NCBI GenBank assembly: GCA_003524095.1
Contig: DOEE01000003.1
Location: 732,662-796,661, forward strand
Reading direction: 5' to 3'
DNA length: 64,000 nt
DNA from: Clostridiales bacterium
Lineage (GTDB): Bacteria > Bacillota > Clostridia > Christensenellales > UBA1242
Below, one piece after another: positions 47,527 through 58,090 of this stretch (positions within the stretch are counted from its first letter, which is position 1; each line of letters opens with the position of its first letter). The position numbers were made by a program, and so were the translations under genes. The notes beneath the pieces are model-generated. The model saw only the letters and a list, made by a program, of their open reading frames with translations, searched no databases and was not told the DNA's origin.

Positions 47527-47557
47527 ATTATACCCCCCCCCCGGACATAATTTGCAA
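47527..47557 (-). promoter_or_regulatory. sigma-A type promoter whose 19-nt spacer contains a G10 tract
   Basis: Minus strand reads TTGCAA, then ATTATGTCC plus G10, then TATAAT. The -10 ends 43 nt upstream of the lipoprotein ATG. Confidence 0.6.
47533..47542. repeat. C10/G10 homopolymeric tract
   Basis: Read directly from the sequence. It is the longest G/C homopolymer I noticed in this AT-rich window; the other G/C runs I saw are about 5 nt. Confidence 0.95.
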
Positions 47558-47711
47558 GTGTTTTTAGGTGATATTTTATAAAAAAATTAGTTATTTTAAT
47601 TTTTTCAAAATATCTATTGAAAAATTGCAATTTAAGCAAAAAACTCCGTTAAATATCCCCCTTTTTATGAGTTTTTCTTCACTAAAAACAAGATATAATT
47701 AAACTTCAATA

Positions 47712-47754
47712 CCAAAAAAGAAAAACTCGTCCGTAAAATCTTACAAACGAGTTT
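47712..47754 (-). terminator. rho-independent terminator
   Basis: AAACTCGT / ACGAGTTT stem followed on the minus strand by a T-rich run (TTCTTTTTT). Confidence 0.55.
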
Positions 47755-47776
47755 GAATTTTAAATTTATTCAGATT

Positions 47777-48118
47777 TTAATAATAGCCACCCATAGAATC
47801 ATACATTCCAGCCATTACAACACCCGAAATAGCACCAATAATAATGCTTACACCAATTGTAATACCAAAAGTAATACCCCAAGCCTTGATAAAAGTCTTT
47901 CTAGCAACCGTACCTTCTGGATAAATTAATACTCCAATAAGTAGTCCAACCAACCCAAGCAAAAGTCCAAGCAAAACACCCATGCCAGTCTTTGGAGTAT
48001 TGAAATCTTGAGCATTAGATACCGCTGGTTTTTTGTCATCAACTGCACAACCACAATGAACACAAACTACAGCATCGTCATTGATTTCTTTTCCGCATTT
48101 TTTACAATACATATACAC
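47777..48118 (-). CDS. zinc-ribbon membrane protein
   Basis: 113-aa ORF with CKKC...CVHC at the N-terminus and two Gly-rich TM helices. Confidence 0.55.
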   Translation of the reverse strand: MYMYCKKCGKEINDDAVVCVHCGCAVDDKKPAVSNAQDFNTPKTGMGVLLGLLLGLVGLLIGVLIYPEGTVARKTFIKAWGITFGITIGVSIIIGAISGVVMAGMYDSMGGYY

Positions 48119-48275
48119 TTTCTCCTTTTATTAATTACATTCATTGTAACATAATATATGTGTATTTTGCAATAAATTTGTATAAATAACTACAAAAGTT
48201 GCAAAACCTGTCTAATTAACCTTGAGTTTTTGCAAAACTCACTCGCCAAAAAATTAAGCACACAAATTTATTACA

Positions 48276-48303
48276 CAAAAAAACCCAAACAAAATTGTTT
48301 GGG
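48276..48303 (-). terminator. rho-independent terminator after engB
   Basis: CCCAAACA-AAAT-TGTTTGGG hairpin followed on the minus strand by T7. Confidence 0.75.
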
Positions 48304-48309
48304 AATGAT

Positions 48310-48891
48310 TTAATTGAGAAATTGGTCGAATTTATTTAAGATTTCAAGTCTTCCAAATCCAGTTTCGCTGGAACTAGCAAATACATTATCTTTACCAACA
48401 CCCAAGGCATTAGCAATCTTTTGTAATTGTGGCTTGACTTGACTTTTGCCAAATTTATCGCATTTGGTGGCAATTATTACAAAAGGGATACGATAGTAAT
48501 TCAAAAACTTGAGCATTTGCTTGTCCCCAGCAGTTGGCTCTATCCTACTATCCACAAGTGCACAGACACACTTTAGGTTTTCGTTTTCGACTAGATATGG
48601 CTCAATCATAGATTGCCAGCCATCTACTTCGGATTTGCTCGCTTTGGCATATCCATACCCAGGCAAGTCAACAAAATAAGTATTGTCGTTTATCAAAAAG
48701 AAATTAATAAGTCTAGTTCTTCCAGGTGTGGAACTAGTTTTGCAAAGTTTGGAATTTTTGCAAAGCATGTTAATAAGTGAACTTTTGCCAACATTACTTC
48801 TTCCAACAAAGGCTATTTGATTAAGATTCTCTATGCCTTTGGGACTAAAGTTTGTTGCACTAGTGAAAAATTTGGCACTTTTAATTTCCAT
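48310..48891 (-). CDS. engB: ribosome biogenesis GTPase YihA/YsxC (EngB)
   Basis: 193-aa ORF with the GTPase motifs GRSNVGKSS, DLPGYG and TKCDK, located after clpX as in many Bacillota. Confidence 0.85.
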   Translation of the reverse strand: MEIKSAKFFTSATNFSPKGIENLNQIAFVGRSNVGKSSLINMLCKNSKLCKTSSTPGRTRLINFFLINDNTYFVDLPGYGYAKASKSEVDGWQSMIEPYLVENENLKCVCALVDSRIEPTAGDKQMLKFLNYYRIPFVIIATKCDKFGKSQVKPQLQKIANALGVGKDNVFASSSETGFGRLEILNKFDQFLN

Positions 48892-48903
48892 ATCCTCTCC
48901 TAA

Positions 48904-50202
48904 TTAAGCGGTTTTTTCTTCTGAATTCAATTCACTTTCGGATTTTTTGACTTCAATCTTTTTGTGTTCGATTATAGGCTCTGAGCCATTTACGGTCTCT
49001 TTGGTTACTCTAACTTTGGTTATAGTTCTATCATCAGGGGTTCTAAACATAATGTCTAGCATTATATCTTCCATTATTGTCCTAAGTCCCCTTGCGCCGG
49101 TTTTGAGTTTCATTGCCTTTTGAGCAACAGCCTTGACAGCATCGGCATCAATTTCTAGTTCAACTCCGTCAATTTTAAACATTGTTTTGTATTGTTTAAC
49201 AAGCGCATTTTTAGGTTCGGTCATAATCTTGATTAAGGCTTCTTCGGTTAGTTCGTCTAGTCCCACAACTATTGGCAAACGTCCAACAAATTCAGGAATT
49301 AAGCCATATTTTATTAGGTCTTGTGGTTGAATTTCCTTGATAAGTTCGCTTACCTTTCGTGGTTTTTGTTCTTCATCTATCGAGAATCCCAAAGACGATT
49401 TGTTAACTCTCTTTTCAATAATCTTGTCAAGTCCTACAAAAGCACCACCACAGATAAACAAAATATTCTTTGTATCTATCTGCAAAAGTTCTTGTTGTGG
49501 GTGTTTTCTTCCGCCTTGTGGTGGAACATTGGCCACAGTACTCTCAATTATTTTGAGAAGTGCTTGTTGTACACCTTCACCACTAACATCACGAGTTATG
49601 CTTGTATTTTCGGATTTGCGTGTAATCTTGTCTATTTCGTCAATATAGATTATTCCTTGTTCGGCCTTTTTAATGTCATAATTTGCATTTTGAATGAGTT
49701 TCAAAAGCACATTTTCAACATCGTCTCCCACATATCCCGCTTCGGTCAAAGTAGTTGCATCGGCACAAGCAAAAGGCACTTCCAAGATTTTTGCCAAAAT
49801 TCTTGCGAGCATGGTTTTTCCACTACCAGTAGGGCCAATGAGCAAAACGTTACTTTTGTCCAAATCCAAAACTTCGTTTTCTTTTTTTGAGTTTTGAATA
49901 TCTATATTATAATTAATTCTTTTATAATGATTGTAGACCGCCACTGACAAAACTCTTTTTGCTTCGTCCTGACCAATAACATATTCATCAAGCATTTTTT
50001 TGAGTTCACTTGGAGTTGGAAGAGCAATTTTGTTCTGCCCAATACTCTTGTGTGTTTTGGCTAGCATTTCGCTACAAATCGCCACACAATCTTCACAAAT
50101 AAAACAAGTGCCATCTGGACTGGTTATCATGTTTTTGGTCTCTAATTGGCTACGTCCACAAAAGGAACATTCCATTATAATTTTGTCTAAATCTTTTTCC
50201 AT
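48904..50202 (-). CDS. clpX: ATP-dependent Clp protease ATP-binding subunit ClpX
   Basis: 432-aa ORF with an N-terminal zinc finger (CSFCG...CEDC), Walker A GPTGSGKT and IYIDEIDK. Confidence 0.96.
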   Translation of the reverse strand: MEKDLDKIIMECSFCGRSQLETKNMITSPDGTCFICEDCVAICSEMLAKTHKSIGQNKIALPTPSELKKMLDEYVIGQDEAKRVLSVAVYNHYKRINYNIDIQNSKKENEVLDLDKSNVLLIGPTGSGKTMLARILAKILEVPFACADATTLTEAGYVGDDVENVLLKLIQNANYDIKKAEQGIIYIDEIDKITRKSENTSITRDVSGEGVQQALLKIIESTVANVPPQGGRKHPQQELLQIDTKNILFICGGAFVGLDKIIEKRVNKSSLGFSIDEEQKPRKVSELIKEIQPQDLIKYGLIPEFVGRLPIVVGLDELTEEALIKIMTEPKNALVKQYKTMFKIDGVELEIDADAVKAVAQKAMKLKTGARGLRTIMEDIMLDIMFRTPDDRTITKVRVTKETVNGSEPIIEHKKIEVKKSESELNSEEKTA

Positions 50203-50263
50203 AATCCCCCTTTAGTCAAAAAGTACTATGCAAGGTAAATTAGCATAGTACAAAAATTATTAG

Positions 50264-50848
50264 TTACTTAGTTTTTCTAGTTATAACCTTGTCAACTAGT
50301 CCATAAGCAACTGCTTCATCTGCAGTCATAAAGTAGTCTCTATCGACATCTTTTTCAACTTTTTTGATTGATTGTCCTGTGTTTTTGGAAAGCATTTCAA
50401 TCATTTTTTTCTTAGTCTTCAAAATATGATTTGCAGTAATTTCTATATCACTAGCCTGACCTTGAGCCCCACCCAAAGGTTGGTGAATCATAACTTCGCT
50501 GTTTGGCAAGCAAAATCTTTTGCCCTTAGTTCCCGCAGAAAGCAAGAATGCACCCATCGAAGCAGCAAGACCGATACAAATGGTCGAAACATCGCATTTA
50601 ACATATTTCATTGTGTCATAAATAGCCATTCCAGCAGTTACACTTCCACCCGGACTATTGATATAAACACAAATATCTTTTTCGGGATTTTTGGCTTCGA
50701 GATATATTAGTTGTGCCACAATTGTATTTGCACTTGCATCGTCAATTTCGCCCGAAATAAAGACTATTCTATCTTCAAGAAGTCTACTATAAATATCATA
50801 ACTTCTCTCGCCAGAATTTGTCTGGTCTACTACATAAGGTATAAGCAT
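50264..50848 (-). CDS. clpP: ATP-dependent Clp protease proteolytic subunit ClpP
   Basis: 194-aa ORF with [11 protein letters not shown] (catalytic Ser) and IHQPLGG (catalytic His). Confidence 0.96.
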   Translation of the reverse strand: MLIPYVVDQTNSGERSYDIYSRLLEDRIVFISGEIDDASANTIVAQLIYLEAKNPEKDICVYINSPGGSVTAGMAIYDTMKYVKCDVSTICIGLAASMGAFLLSAGTKGKRFCLPNSEVMIHQPLGGAQGQASDIEITANHILKTKKKMIEMLSKNTGQSIKKVEKDVDRDYFMTADEAVAYGLVDKVITRKTK

Positions 50849-50859
50849 ATTATCTCCAA

Positions 50860-52137
50860 TTATTTATTTTTTTCAACCAAGAATTCAAGTAGTTTATTCA
50901 TAAGAATTTCGTTTGTGATGTAATTTAATCTTTCTTCAGTTAGAGTTTTCTTATACTCGTCAACGGATTTATTTGCTCTTTTTGCGATTTTTTCGATATA
51001 TTCGTTCAAATCTTTGTCTTTTACGTCAATTGTTTCTTTCTTCAAGATTTCTTGCAAAGCAAGTCTGATTTTAACTGACTTCAAAGCATCGTCTTTTCTT
51101 TCTTCTCTAAGTTTGTCTACAGTTGTATTTAGATACTTAGCATATGCTTCCAAGTTTGCACCTTGATACATTAGTCTATATTCCATGTCTTGCATAATTG
51201 CATCAAGTTCTCTATTTACCATAATATCTGGAACTTCAACTTCCATAGTTTTGATTATTTCGTCAATAATCTTGTTTTCTGTTTGAACTTTGGCATCTTC
51301 TTTTGCATGTTCGCCAAGGTGTTCTCTAATATGATTTTTGTATTCTTCCAAAGTTTCAAATTCACTAACATCACTAGCAAGTTCGTCATTAATTTCAGGA
51401 AGTTCTTTGGTTTTGACAGCATTAACTGTTACTTCAAACTTAGCATCTTTGCCAGCCAAGTTTTCTGCTTGATAGTCTTTTGGGAACTTAACCATAACGT
51501 CTTTTGTATCCCCAGCCTTCAAGCCGATTAGTTGGTCTTCAAAGTTGTCAATAAAACTATGACTTCCGATTTCCAAATCAAAAGCGTCCGCTGAGCCACC
51601 TTCAAAGTATTCGCCATCAACACTGCCCTTGAAATCGATGTTTGCTATATTTCCATTTTCAATAGCACCATCTTTTTCAACAAGTCTTGTGTTTTGAATT
51701 TGAACTCTTTTTAGTTCATCTTCAACGTCTTTGTCAGTAATTTCTTTTGGTTCAACACTAATTTTAAGACCAGTATAATTTCCAAGTTTAACTTCAGGTC
51801 TAACTGGAATTTCAGCAACAATTGTAATTCCTGTGTTATCTAGTTTTTCTACACTTAGTTCTGGACTATCAATTGGGTCAATTGATTTGTCTTTGTTCAA
51901 AATTTCGGTGTAATGTTTATTAAATCCTTCCAAAATAGCGTCTTCAAAGAAAACTTCAGGTCCATAGATTTTTTCAATCATTTTTCTTGGTGCTTTTCCA
52001 TTTCTAAAGCCTTCAACTTTGTATTTGCCTTTTGTTTTATTGTAAGAATCTTCAACCAATGCTTCCCATTCTTTTGAATCTAATTCAAGTTTTAGTTGAA
52101 GATTTTTGTTTTGTAATTTTTCTATATTATATTTCAT
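50860..52137 (-). CDS. tig: trigger factor
   Basis: 425-aa ORF with an N-terminal GFRNGKAPR ribosome-binding motif and a central FKBP-like domain, located upstream of clpP-clpX. Confidence 0.92.
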   Translation of the reverse strand: MKYNIEKLQNKNLQLKLELDSKEWEALVEDSYNKTKGKYKVEGFRNGKAPRKMIEKIYGPEVFFEDAILEGFNKHYTEILNKDKSIDPIDSPELSVEKLDNTGITIVAEIPVRPEVKLGNYTGLKISVEPKEITDKDVEDELKRVQIQNTRLVEKDGAIENGNIANIDFKGSVDGEYFEGGSADAFDLEIGSHSFIDNFEDQLIGLKAGDTKDVMVKFPKDYQAENLAGKDAKFEVTVNAVKTKELPEINDELASDVSEFETLEEYKNHIREHLGEHAKEDAKVQTENKIIDEIIKTMEVEVPDIMVNRELDAIMQDMEYRLMYQGANLEAYAKYLNTTVDKLREERKDDALKSVKIRLALQEILKKETIDVKDKDLNEYIEKIAKRANKSVDEYKKTLTEERLNYITNEILMNKLLEFLVEKNK

Positions 52138-52363
52138 TTATTTTCTCCTTAAAATACATTCAACAACTAGTCTATTATAACATACCCGTTTGCAAATTGC
52201 AACAAAAAATTCACATATAAAAATACATTAAAACAACCTATTTTGTATAATTTTTGCATGAAAATATTTATTCCTATTTATTAATACTCTTTGTGTTTTC
52301 AAAATAATCACATACAACATGCACTCAAAAAGTACAAGTTAGAAAAAACTTTTAAAAAGGGTA

Positions 52364-52392
52364 TTGACACACCCCCACTATGATAATATAAT
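52364..52392 (+). promoter_or_regulatory. consensus sigma-A promoter
   Basis: TTGACA, 17 nt, then TATAAT, about 30 nt upstream of the 52425 ORF, which has an AAAGGTGG RBS. Confidence 0.65.
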
Positions 52393-52424
52393 GATATCAA
52401 ATAAAATTTAAAGGTGGATAAATT

Positions 52425-52862
52425 ATGAAATATTTAGTTAAAGAACTTTATACAAAATGTTTTTATGGTGACAAATATAATAACAACCAAGACAAATTTG
52501 TAGTAGGTTACAAAAATCACATAGGAAACAAACTTAAAGATGTAATTACAGGACAAATTGTCGAAGCGGATTACTTTGAAACATTGTCAGATATGGTTAT
52601 ACACCATATGACATTAGGATACATGACAGGTCTTGACTCCAAAAGTGCTACTATTAAACAACAAATTCTAGCAAGATACATCGACAAAACCATACTCAAA
52701 AACGACATTCTTGATTCAAAACAAATTGCCAAAATTAAAAACATTATAAACAAAGAAATTGTTGCTTCACACGAAAAAGATGTCAAAAAGCAAAATGCTA
52801 AGGCAAAATATCAAGAAGAGATTAATCAATACAAAATTGACGAATCAGACAAACAATTCTAA
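52425..52862 (+). CDS. hypothetical protein
   Basis: 145-aa ORF with a consensus promoter, an RBS and a terminator, but no recognisable motif. Confidence 0.55.
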   Translation: MKYLVKELYTKCFYGDKYNNNQDKFVVGYKNHIGNKLKDVITGQIVEADYFETLSDMVIHHMTLGYMTGLDSKSATIKQQILARYIDKTILKNDILDSKQIAKIKNIINKEIVASHEKDVKKQNAKAKYQEEINQYKIDESDKQF

Positions 52863-52869
52863 CCAAAAA

Positions 52870-52918
52870 AACTAATACTAATTTAAGTTAATTAAAACTT
52901 GACTAGTATTAGTTTTTT
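52870..52918. terminator. bidirectional terminator
   Basis: AACTAATACTA / TAGTATTAGTT 11-bp stem flanked by A7 and T6, between convergent genes. Confidence 0.65.
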
Positions 52919-52965
52919 CTTTGTAAATTTATAATTTTAAAAATAATTAATAAACTAACTCATAC

Positions 52966-53310
52966 TCAAAGAATTGCCACAAAAAGTAGTGCAAGTCCCA
53001 TGAAAAAATAAAGTATTGCTTGAAAGATGTTGCTTTTTTTTATTAGTTTGTTTCTTTTTTCAAGTCTTTCCATATTTATATTTTCAATTGCAAGCTTGGA
53101 CTGAAGTTCCATATTTTTGTCTATTTCTTTGTTTTTTACCAATGTTTTTATTCCAAAAATCACAAAGAAGACCGCTTCAAAAACTAGTGTCAAAACAAAT
53201 GCCCATCTACCCTTATTTGCAAAGCACAAGAAAAATAATGCAATAACTTGGGATGCAAGAAGAAAAATATTTAGTTTGCTACCAAAAAATTCTTGAAAAA
53301 ATTTTTTCAT
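52966..53310 (-). CDS. hypothetical membrane protein
   Basis: 114-aa ORF with three predicted hydrophobic helices. Confidence 0.45.
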   Translation of the reverse strand: MKKFFQEFFGSKLNIFLLASQVIALFFLCFANKGRWAFVLTLVFEAVFFVIFGIKTLVKNKEIDKNMELQSKLAIENINMERLEKRNKLIKKSNIFQAILYFFMGLALLFVAIL

Positions 53311-53314
53311 GTTT

Positions 53315-53587
53315 TTAGATAACCATAAAGATGATAATAAGCGCTACACAAATAACCCACACCAAATAGTATGCCCAATGATGACGTGAGTAAGCAAAAT
53401 AAAATGCCGAGATTGCAACAATTGCATAAGCCAAAATTTCGCTTATTTGTCTTAGTGAACTAGCAAGATTTCCGCCACCGATTTTTCCTATCACAAGTGC
53501 AAGCCCGATGCAAGCAATTGCAATAAATGAAAGTAAGTTTATAAATCCACGCCAACTAGCGCCACCTGTATTTTTTGCCATAATCAA
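53315..53587 (-). CDS. hypothetical small membrane protein
   Basis: 90-aa ORF with three hydrophobic helices, 4 nt upstream of the next ORF. Confidence 0.45.
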   Translation of the reverse strand: MIMAKNTGGASWRGFINLLSFIAIACIGLALVIGKIGGGNLASSLRQISEILAYAIVAISAFYFAYSRHHWAYYLVWVICVALIIIFMVI

Positions 53588-53631
53588 AATCTCCTTATTA
53601 ATATAATAATTTTAAAATTTTTTTTAGTCAA

Positions 53632-54537
53632 TCAAATTTTCTTTGTTTTAATAGTATTGAGAACTTTTTGAAAGTACTCGGGCAACTGAGTCTCAAATGT
53701 CATAGTCTCACCCGTTCTTGGATGATTAAGAGTGAGTTTTTTGGCATGCAAGAGTTGACCATTTAGATTAAATTTACACTTGTTAGGATTATATAGTTTG
53801 TCTCCAACAATAGGATGATGCATATATGCACTATGCACTCTTATTTGATGTGTTCTTCCCGTTCCAAGTTCAAACTCGACTAGTGAATAGTTTGAATAAG
53901 TTTCCAGTACCCTATATTTTGTGTCCGCCACCTTCCCCTTATCTACTACAGCCATTTTTAGCCTATTTTTGGGGTCTCTACCAATATTTGTTGTAATTTC
54001 TCCGTCAGATTTTACAATACCTTCGACCAAAGCCCAATATATTCTTTTGCAAGTTTTTTTTGAGATTTGTTCACTAAGACTTACGTGCGCCATATCATTT
54101 TTTGCCACAACAAGTAGTCCGCTTGTATCTTTGTCTAGTCTATGAACAATCCCAGGTCTTATTACTCCATTAATACTGCTTAGACTATCTAACTTAAACA
54201 TCAAAGCATTTACTAATGTTCCGTCATAATTGCTAATAGCGGGATGAACGACCATTCCCTGGGGTTTGTTTACAACAGCAATATCGTCATCTTCGTAGAC
54301 AATTTCAACGTCAATATCTTGGGGCTTGGCACTAAGAACTTTTTCTACAATCTCTTTAAGAATAACTTTGTCGCCAACTTTCAAACCATATCCGGCCTTG
54401 ACAACCTTGTCGTTTACAAGGACGTCCCCGTTTGTTATCCAATGCTTGATATGCGACCTAGTTTTATCTTTGTTTTGGTTTTGCAAAAACACATCTAGTC
54501 TTTGCCCACAACTTTCGTTATTTATTTCCCATTCCAT
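53632..54537 (-). CDS. rluD: 23S rRNA pseudouridine synthase, RluD subfamily
   Basis: 301-aa ORF with an N-terminal S4-like domain and the catalytic motif HRLDKDTSGLLVVAK, located downstream of lspA as in many Bacillota. Confidence 0.85.
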   Translation of the reverse strand: MEWEINNESCGQRLDVFLQNQNKDKTRSHIKHWITNGDVLVNDKVVKAGYGLKVGDKVILKEIVEKVLSAKPQDIDVEIVYEDDDIAVVNKPQGMVVHPAISNYDGTLVNALMFKLDSLSSINGVIRPGIVHRLDKDTSGLLVVAKNDMAHVSLSEQISKKTCKRIYWALVEGIVKSDGEITTNIGRDPKNRLKMAVVDKGKVADTKYRVLETYSNYSLVEFELGTGRTHQIRVHSAYMHHPIVGDKLYNPNKCKFNLNGQLLHAKKLTLNHPRTGETMTFETQLPEYFQKVLNTIKTKKI

Positions 54538-55018
54538 TACTCTTCTCCTTTTTCTCTTTGATTAATGAAATGAGCAAGTATACAAGAAAACAAATAACTC
54601 CCGCCGTTATAAACAAATCCGCCAAGTTAAAGACAAAACTAAATAGTTTGATAGATATAAAGTCTCTCACGTATCCAAGAAATAGTCTATCTACCAAGTT
54701 TCCAATTGCACCGCTAAGTATTAGTCCAATTCCAAAAATGTATAGCCAGTCGTTTTTGTGATTGAAAATATCAAACAAAACAAATCCTATAATAAATAGA
54801 ATTGATACAACCGATAGCATAACTGTGCTATCTCCAAATATTCCATATGCCGCACCCGTATTTTTGACAAATACAAACTCAAACAAATTGGGGATAACTA
54901 CTATTTTTTGTGAGTTAGCCTCAAATCTCAAAGCAAAAAAGTGTTTGGACACCAAGTCCAAAACAATGCCAACAACTATTATGCTAAAAATTATTATATA
55001 ACTCGTTCGTTTTTTCAT
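54518..55018 (-). CDS. lspA: lipoprotein signal peptidase II
   Basis: 166-aa ORF with four TM helices and the motifs NTGAAYG and GNLVDR...VRDF. Confidence 0.85.
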   Translation of the reverse strand: MKKRTSYIIIFSIIVVGIVLDLVSKHFFALRFEANSQKIVVIPNLFEFVFVKNTGAAYGIFGDSTVMLSVVSILFIIGFVLFDIFNHKNDWLYIFGIGLILSGAIGNLVDRLFLGYVRDFISIKLFSFVFNLADLFITAGVICFLVYLLISLIKEKKEKSNGMGNK

Positions 55019-55111
55019 AATTAACTTACAACCCAGTTTAACACATATTAGCGGGTTTTACAAATACTTTTGAGTGTATTTATGTGTCATACTCCAAAGT
55101 TTGACAAAATA

Positions 55112-55924
55112 TTAAAGCAAGTTATATAGATTATATTTGTTCTCAACTACACATGCAATTGAATTTTTGAGAGTGTAGTTTGTGGCGGAATTATCTATGA
55201 TTATAAGTAGTGCTGAGTCAAGTAACTCATCAATTTTTGTAAGCGAATTAATAATTTCTTGAAGTTGTGATGAGAAACTATTTTTTTGAAGGCTTTGGAT
55301 ATTTATAATATTGCTTTTGAGTTCTCCTCGCAACATAGAAATCCCATTACACACAGCAAAATTATTCATATCTTTGCTATCAAACTTAATGGAATAATCA
55401 TACAAAGTCTGATAAATTTTATCAATATTTTCTAGTCCAATTCTTATTTTTTTGACATCGCTATTTTCCAAATCATCGAAGTTAAACTTAATTTTTGGAA
55501 ATTTAATTTCAAAAATTTCAGTTTTATATAATTCATTTCCAATATTCTTTTTGACATTTTCGGCATCTTGAAGACTTGAGTAAATATTCCCCACCACCAA
55601 GTAACTATTATTATCTTTCCAAACAAAGCCACTTGCACCCCTAAGAGTTGAGCCTAGTGCTACTTCTTGAGCCTCGTTTAAATCATCATATCTACCTAAT
55701 GCCACCATGTAATATGAGTGAGCCTTAATGCTTATGTCACTTCCACCAAAGACAATTGCTTGGGAGATATTCCCCACACTCAAAGCCTTGCTAAGATATA
55801 CTGAACAAAGTAGCACTCCTCCAAATATAAGTGCAAACAAAAAAAATGCAAAGATTGTTTTTAATCTTCTTTTAAAGGACTTTTTTAGAACTTTGACATC
55901 TTCATAAAACAAATTTTTTGGCAT
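55112..55924 (-). CDS. membrane-anchored protein with a SPOR-like domain
   Basis: 270-aa ORF with an N-terminal TM segment. The segment YYMVALGRYDDLNEAQEVA...GFVWKDNNSYLVVGNIYSSLQDAENVKKNI resembles a SPOR repeat. Confidence 0.45.
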   Translation of the reverse strand: MPKNLFYEDVKVLKKSFKRRLKTIFAFFLFALIFGGVLLCSVYLSKALSVGNISQAIVFGGSDISIKAHSYYMVALGRYDDLNEAQEVALGSTLRGASGFVWKDNNSYLVVGNIYSSLQDAENVKKNIGNELYKTEIFEIKFPKIKFNFDDLENSDVKKIRIGLENIDKIYQTLYDYSIKFDSKDMNNFAVCNGISMLRGELKSNIINIQSLQKNSFSSQLQEIINSLTKIDELLDSALLIIIDNSATNYTLKNSIACVVENKYNLYNLL

Positions 55925-56139
55925 AAAACTTGATTTCTTACCACCTTACCATGTTATAACAAAATTGCCAAAACTAGTTGGATAAACTTTGACTTTATTA
56001 ATTTTGGTCTTAATTATAAATATTATCATTTTTCAAAAATTATACAAAAGATTGTAAAACTAGACAAAATTAAGCCCAAAAATAATTAAATCAAATTTAA
56101 GTTTATTTTGTAAACTAAATATAAATAAAGGAGAAAGAA

Positions 56140-56421
56140 ATGAAACTAAAACCATTATTTGATAGAGTTGTAGTCAAAACACTTCCAATCAAAAACGAAA
56201 AAATTGGAAATATTATTTTGCCCGAAATCACCAAACAGCCCGAAGTTAGCGAAGTTGTTGCACTAGGCACGGGCAAAGTCGACGGCAAAGATGTTGAATT
56301 TGAACTAAAACTTGGTGACCATGTAATTTTTAACAAATTTAATGGAAATGAATTCAAAATCGGAAATGAGACTTTTACGATTATCAAAGAAAAAGATATT
56401 TTAGCAATACTAGAAAAATAA
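56140..56421 (+). CDS. groES: co-chaperonin GroES
   Basis: 93-aa ORF starting MKLKPLFDRVVVK, with an AAAGGAG RBS, directly upstream of groEL. Confidence 0.93.
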   Translation: MKLKPLFDRVVVKTLPIKNEKIGNIILPEITKQPEVSEVVALGTGKVDGKDVEFELKLGDHVIFNKFNGNEFKIGNETFTIIKEKDILAILEK

Positions 56422-56431
56422 GGAGAAACAA

Positions 56432-58060
56432 ATGTCAAAACAAATTTTATCAGGATTTGATGCAATCAAAAAATTAGAAATGGGAGTTAGAAAACTAAGT
56501 AATGCTGTCAAAATTACGCTTGGGCCAAAGGGTCGAAATGTCGTTTTGGACAGAAAGTTTGCCACTCCATTAATCACAAACGACGGGGTCACAATTGCCA
56601 AAGAAATCACCCTTCCCGACCCTTTTGAAAACATGGGTGCAAATTTAATCAAGGAAGTCAGTATCAAGACTAACGAAGTTGCGGGCGACGGAACAACTAC
56701 CGCTTGTATTTTGGCTGAAAGCATTGTTAGTGTTGGTGTCAAAAACTACACCGCTGGAGCAAACCCAATTATTCTCAAAAAAGGCATACAAAAAGCAATT
56801 TCGGTAGCGACTGAGCATTTAAGAGAAATCTCCATTCCAGTGTCTAGTTCCAAAGAAATCTTCCAAGTAGCATCAATTAGTGCTGGCGACGAAGAAATTG
56901 GAAGACTAATAGCCGACGGCTTTGAAAAAGTCGGCAAAGACGGAGTTATTACTGTCGAAGAAAGCAAAACTCTCAAGACCGAACTAAAAATAGTCGAAGG
57001 CATGCAATTCGACAGAGGCTACTTGTCTCCATACATGGTAACCAATCCGGACAAAATGGAATGTATACTTCAAGATAGTTATATTCTAATAACAGACAAA
57101 CGCATCAAAAATTTAAATGAAATTATTGGAGTACTCGAAGCGGTTTCGCAGAGTGGAAAGTCACTACTCATTATTGCCGAAGATATCGAAAACGAAGTAC
57201 TTAGCACTCTAGTTCTTAACAAACTAAGAGGTGCACTTAACGTTGTAGCGGTCAAAGCACCGGGTTATGCAGACAAGCGAAAAGCCTTGTGTCAAGACAT
57301 TGCAGTACTAACACATGGAACATTTATTTGTGACGAACTTGGTTTTGAATTAAAAGATGTAAATCTTCAAAAATTAGGTTTTGCTAGTAGTATCAAAGTC
57401 ACCAAAGATAGCACTACAATTTCTGGTGGCAAGGGCCTCAAAGAAGAGATTGAAAATAGAATTCTCGAAATCAAAGGTCAAATTGAAAGTGCAAACAATG
57501 AGTTTGACAAAAATCGTCTTCAAGAGAGACTTGCAAAATTAATAGGTGGAATAGCCATAATTTATGTAGGAAGTGCAACCGAAGTTGAAATGCAAGAGAA
57601 GAAACTTAGAATTGAAGACGCAATTGAGGCCACAAAGTCTGCCACCCAAGAAGGAATTGTTTGTGGCGGTGGTGTTGCACTACTCAACTGTGTTGATTGT
57701 GTTCAAAAATTAGTAGATACTCTCTCAGGTGACGAAAAAACCGGTGCTGAAATTGTACTAAAATCACTCTTTGCACCTATTAATATGATAACTCAAAATG
57801 CTGGGATTGAAGGTGCTATTGTTATTGAAAATATACTTAATAAACACGACAAAAATTATGGTTACAATGCACTAACTAATGAGTATGTAAATTTGATAGA
57901 AAGCGGAATTATTGACCCTACCAAAGTTGCACGAACAGCACTTGAAAATGCAGGAAGCGTAGCGTCTACACTGCTTACAACCGAAGTGCTAGTCTGCGAT
58001 ATCGAAGAAAAGATAAACCCCAAAGACCCAAATGCCATTCCCCAAGCATATGGCATGTAA
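56432..58060 (+). CDS. groEL: chaperonin GroEL
   Basis: 542-aa ORF with GPKGRNVVL, AGDGTTTA and VAVKAPG. I see no C-terminal GGM repeat. Confidence 0.97.
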   Translation: MSKQILSGFDAIKKLEMGVRKLSNAVKITLGPKGRNVVLDRKFATPLITNDGVTIAKEITLPDPFENMGANLIKEVSIKTNEVAGDGTTTACILAESIVSVGVKNYTAGANPIILKKGIQKAISVATEHLREISIPVSSSKEIFQVASISAGDEEIGRLIADGFEKVGKDGVITVEESKTLKTELKIVEGMQFDRGYLSPYMVTNPDKMECILQDSYILITDKRIKNLNEIIGVLEAVSQSGKSLLIIAEDIENEVLSTLVLNKLRGALNVVAVKAPGYADKRKALCQDIAVLTHGTFICDELGFELKDVNLQKLGFASSIKVTKDSTTISGGKGLKEEIENRILEIKGQIESANNEFDKNRLQERLAKLIGGIAIIYVGSATEVEMQEKKLRIEDAIEATKSATQEGIVCGGGVALLNCVDCVQKLVDTLSGDEKTGAEIVLKSLFAPINMITQNAGIEGAIVIENILNKHDKNYGYNALTNEYVNLIESGIIDPTKVARTALENAGSVASTLLTTEVLVCDIEEKINPKDPNAIPQAYGM

Positions 58061-58090
58061 AAAAAAGTGAGCAAACGCTCACTTTTTTTT
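58059..58090. terminator. bidirectional terminator (left copy of a duplicated terminator)
   Basis: A8, then AGTGAGC-AAAC-GCTCACT, then T8. It serves groEL on the plus strand and the 80-aa ORF on the minus strand. Confidence 0.85.
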
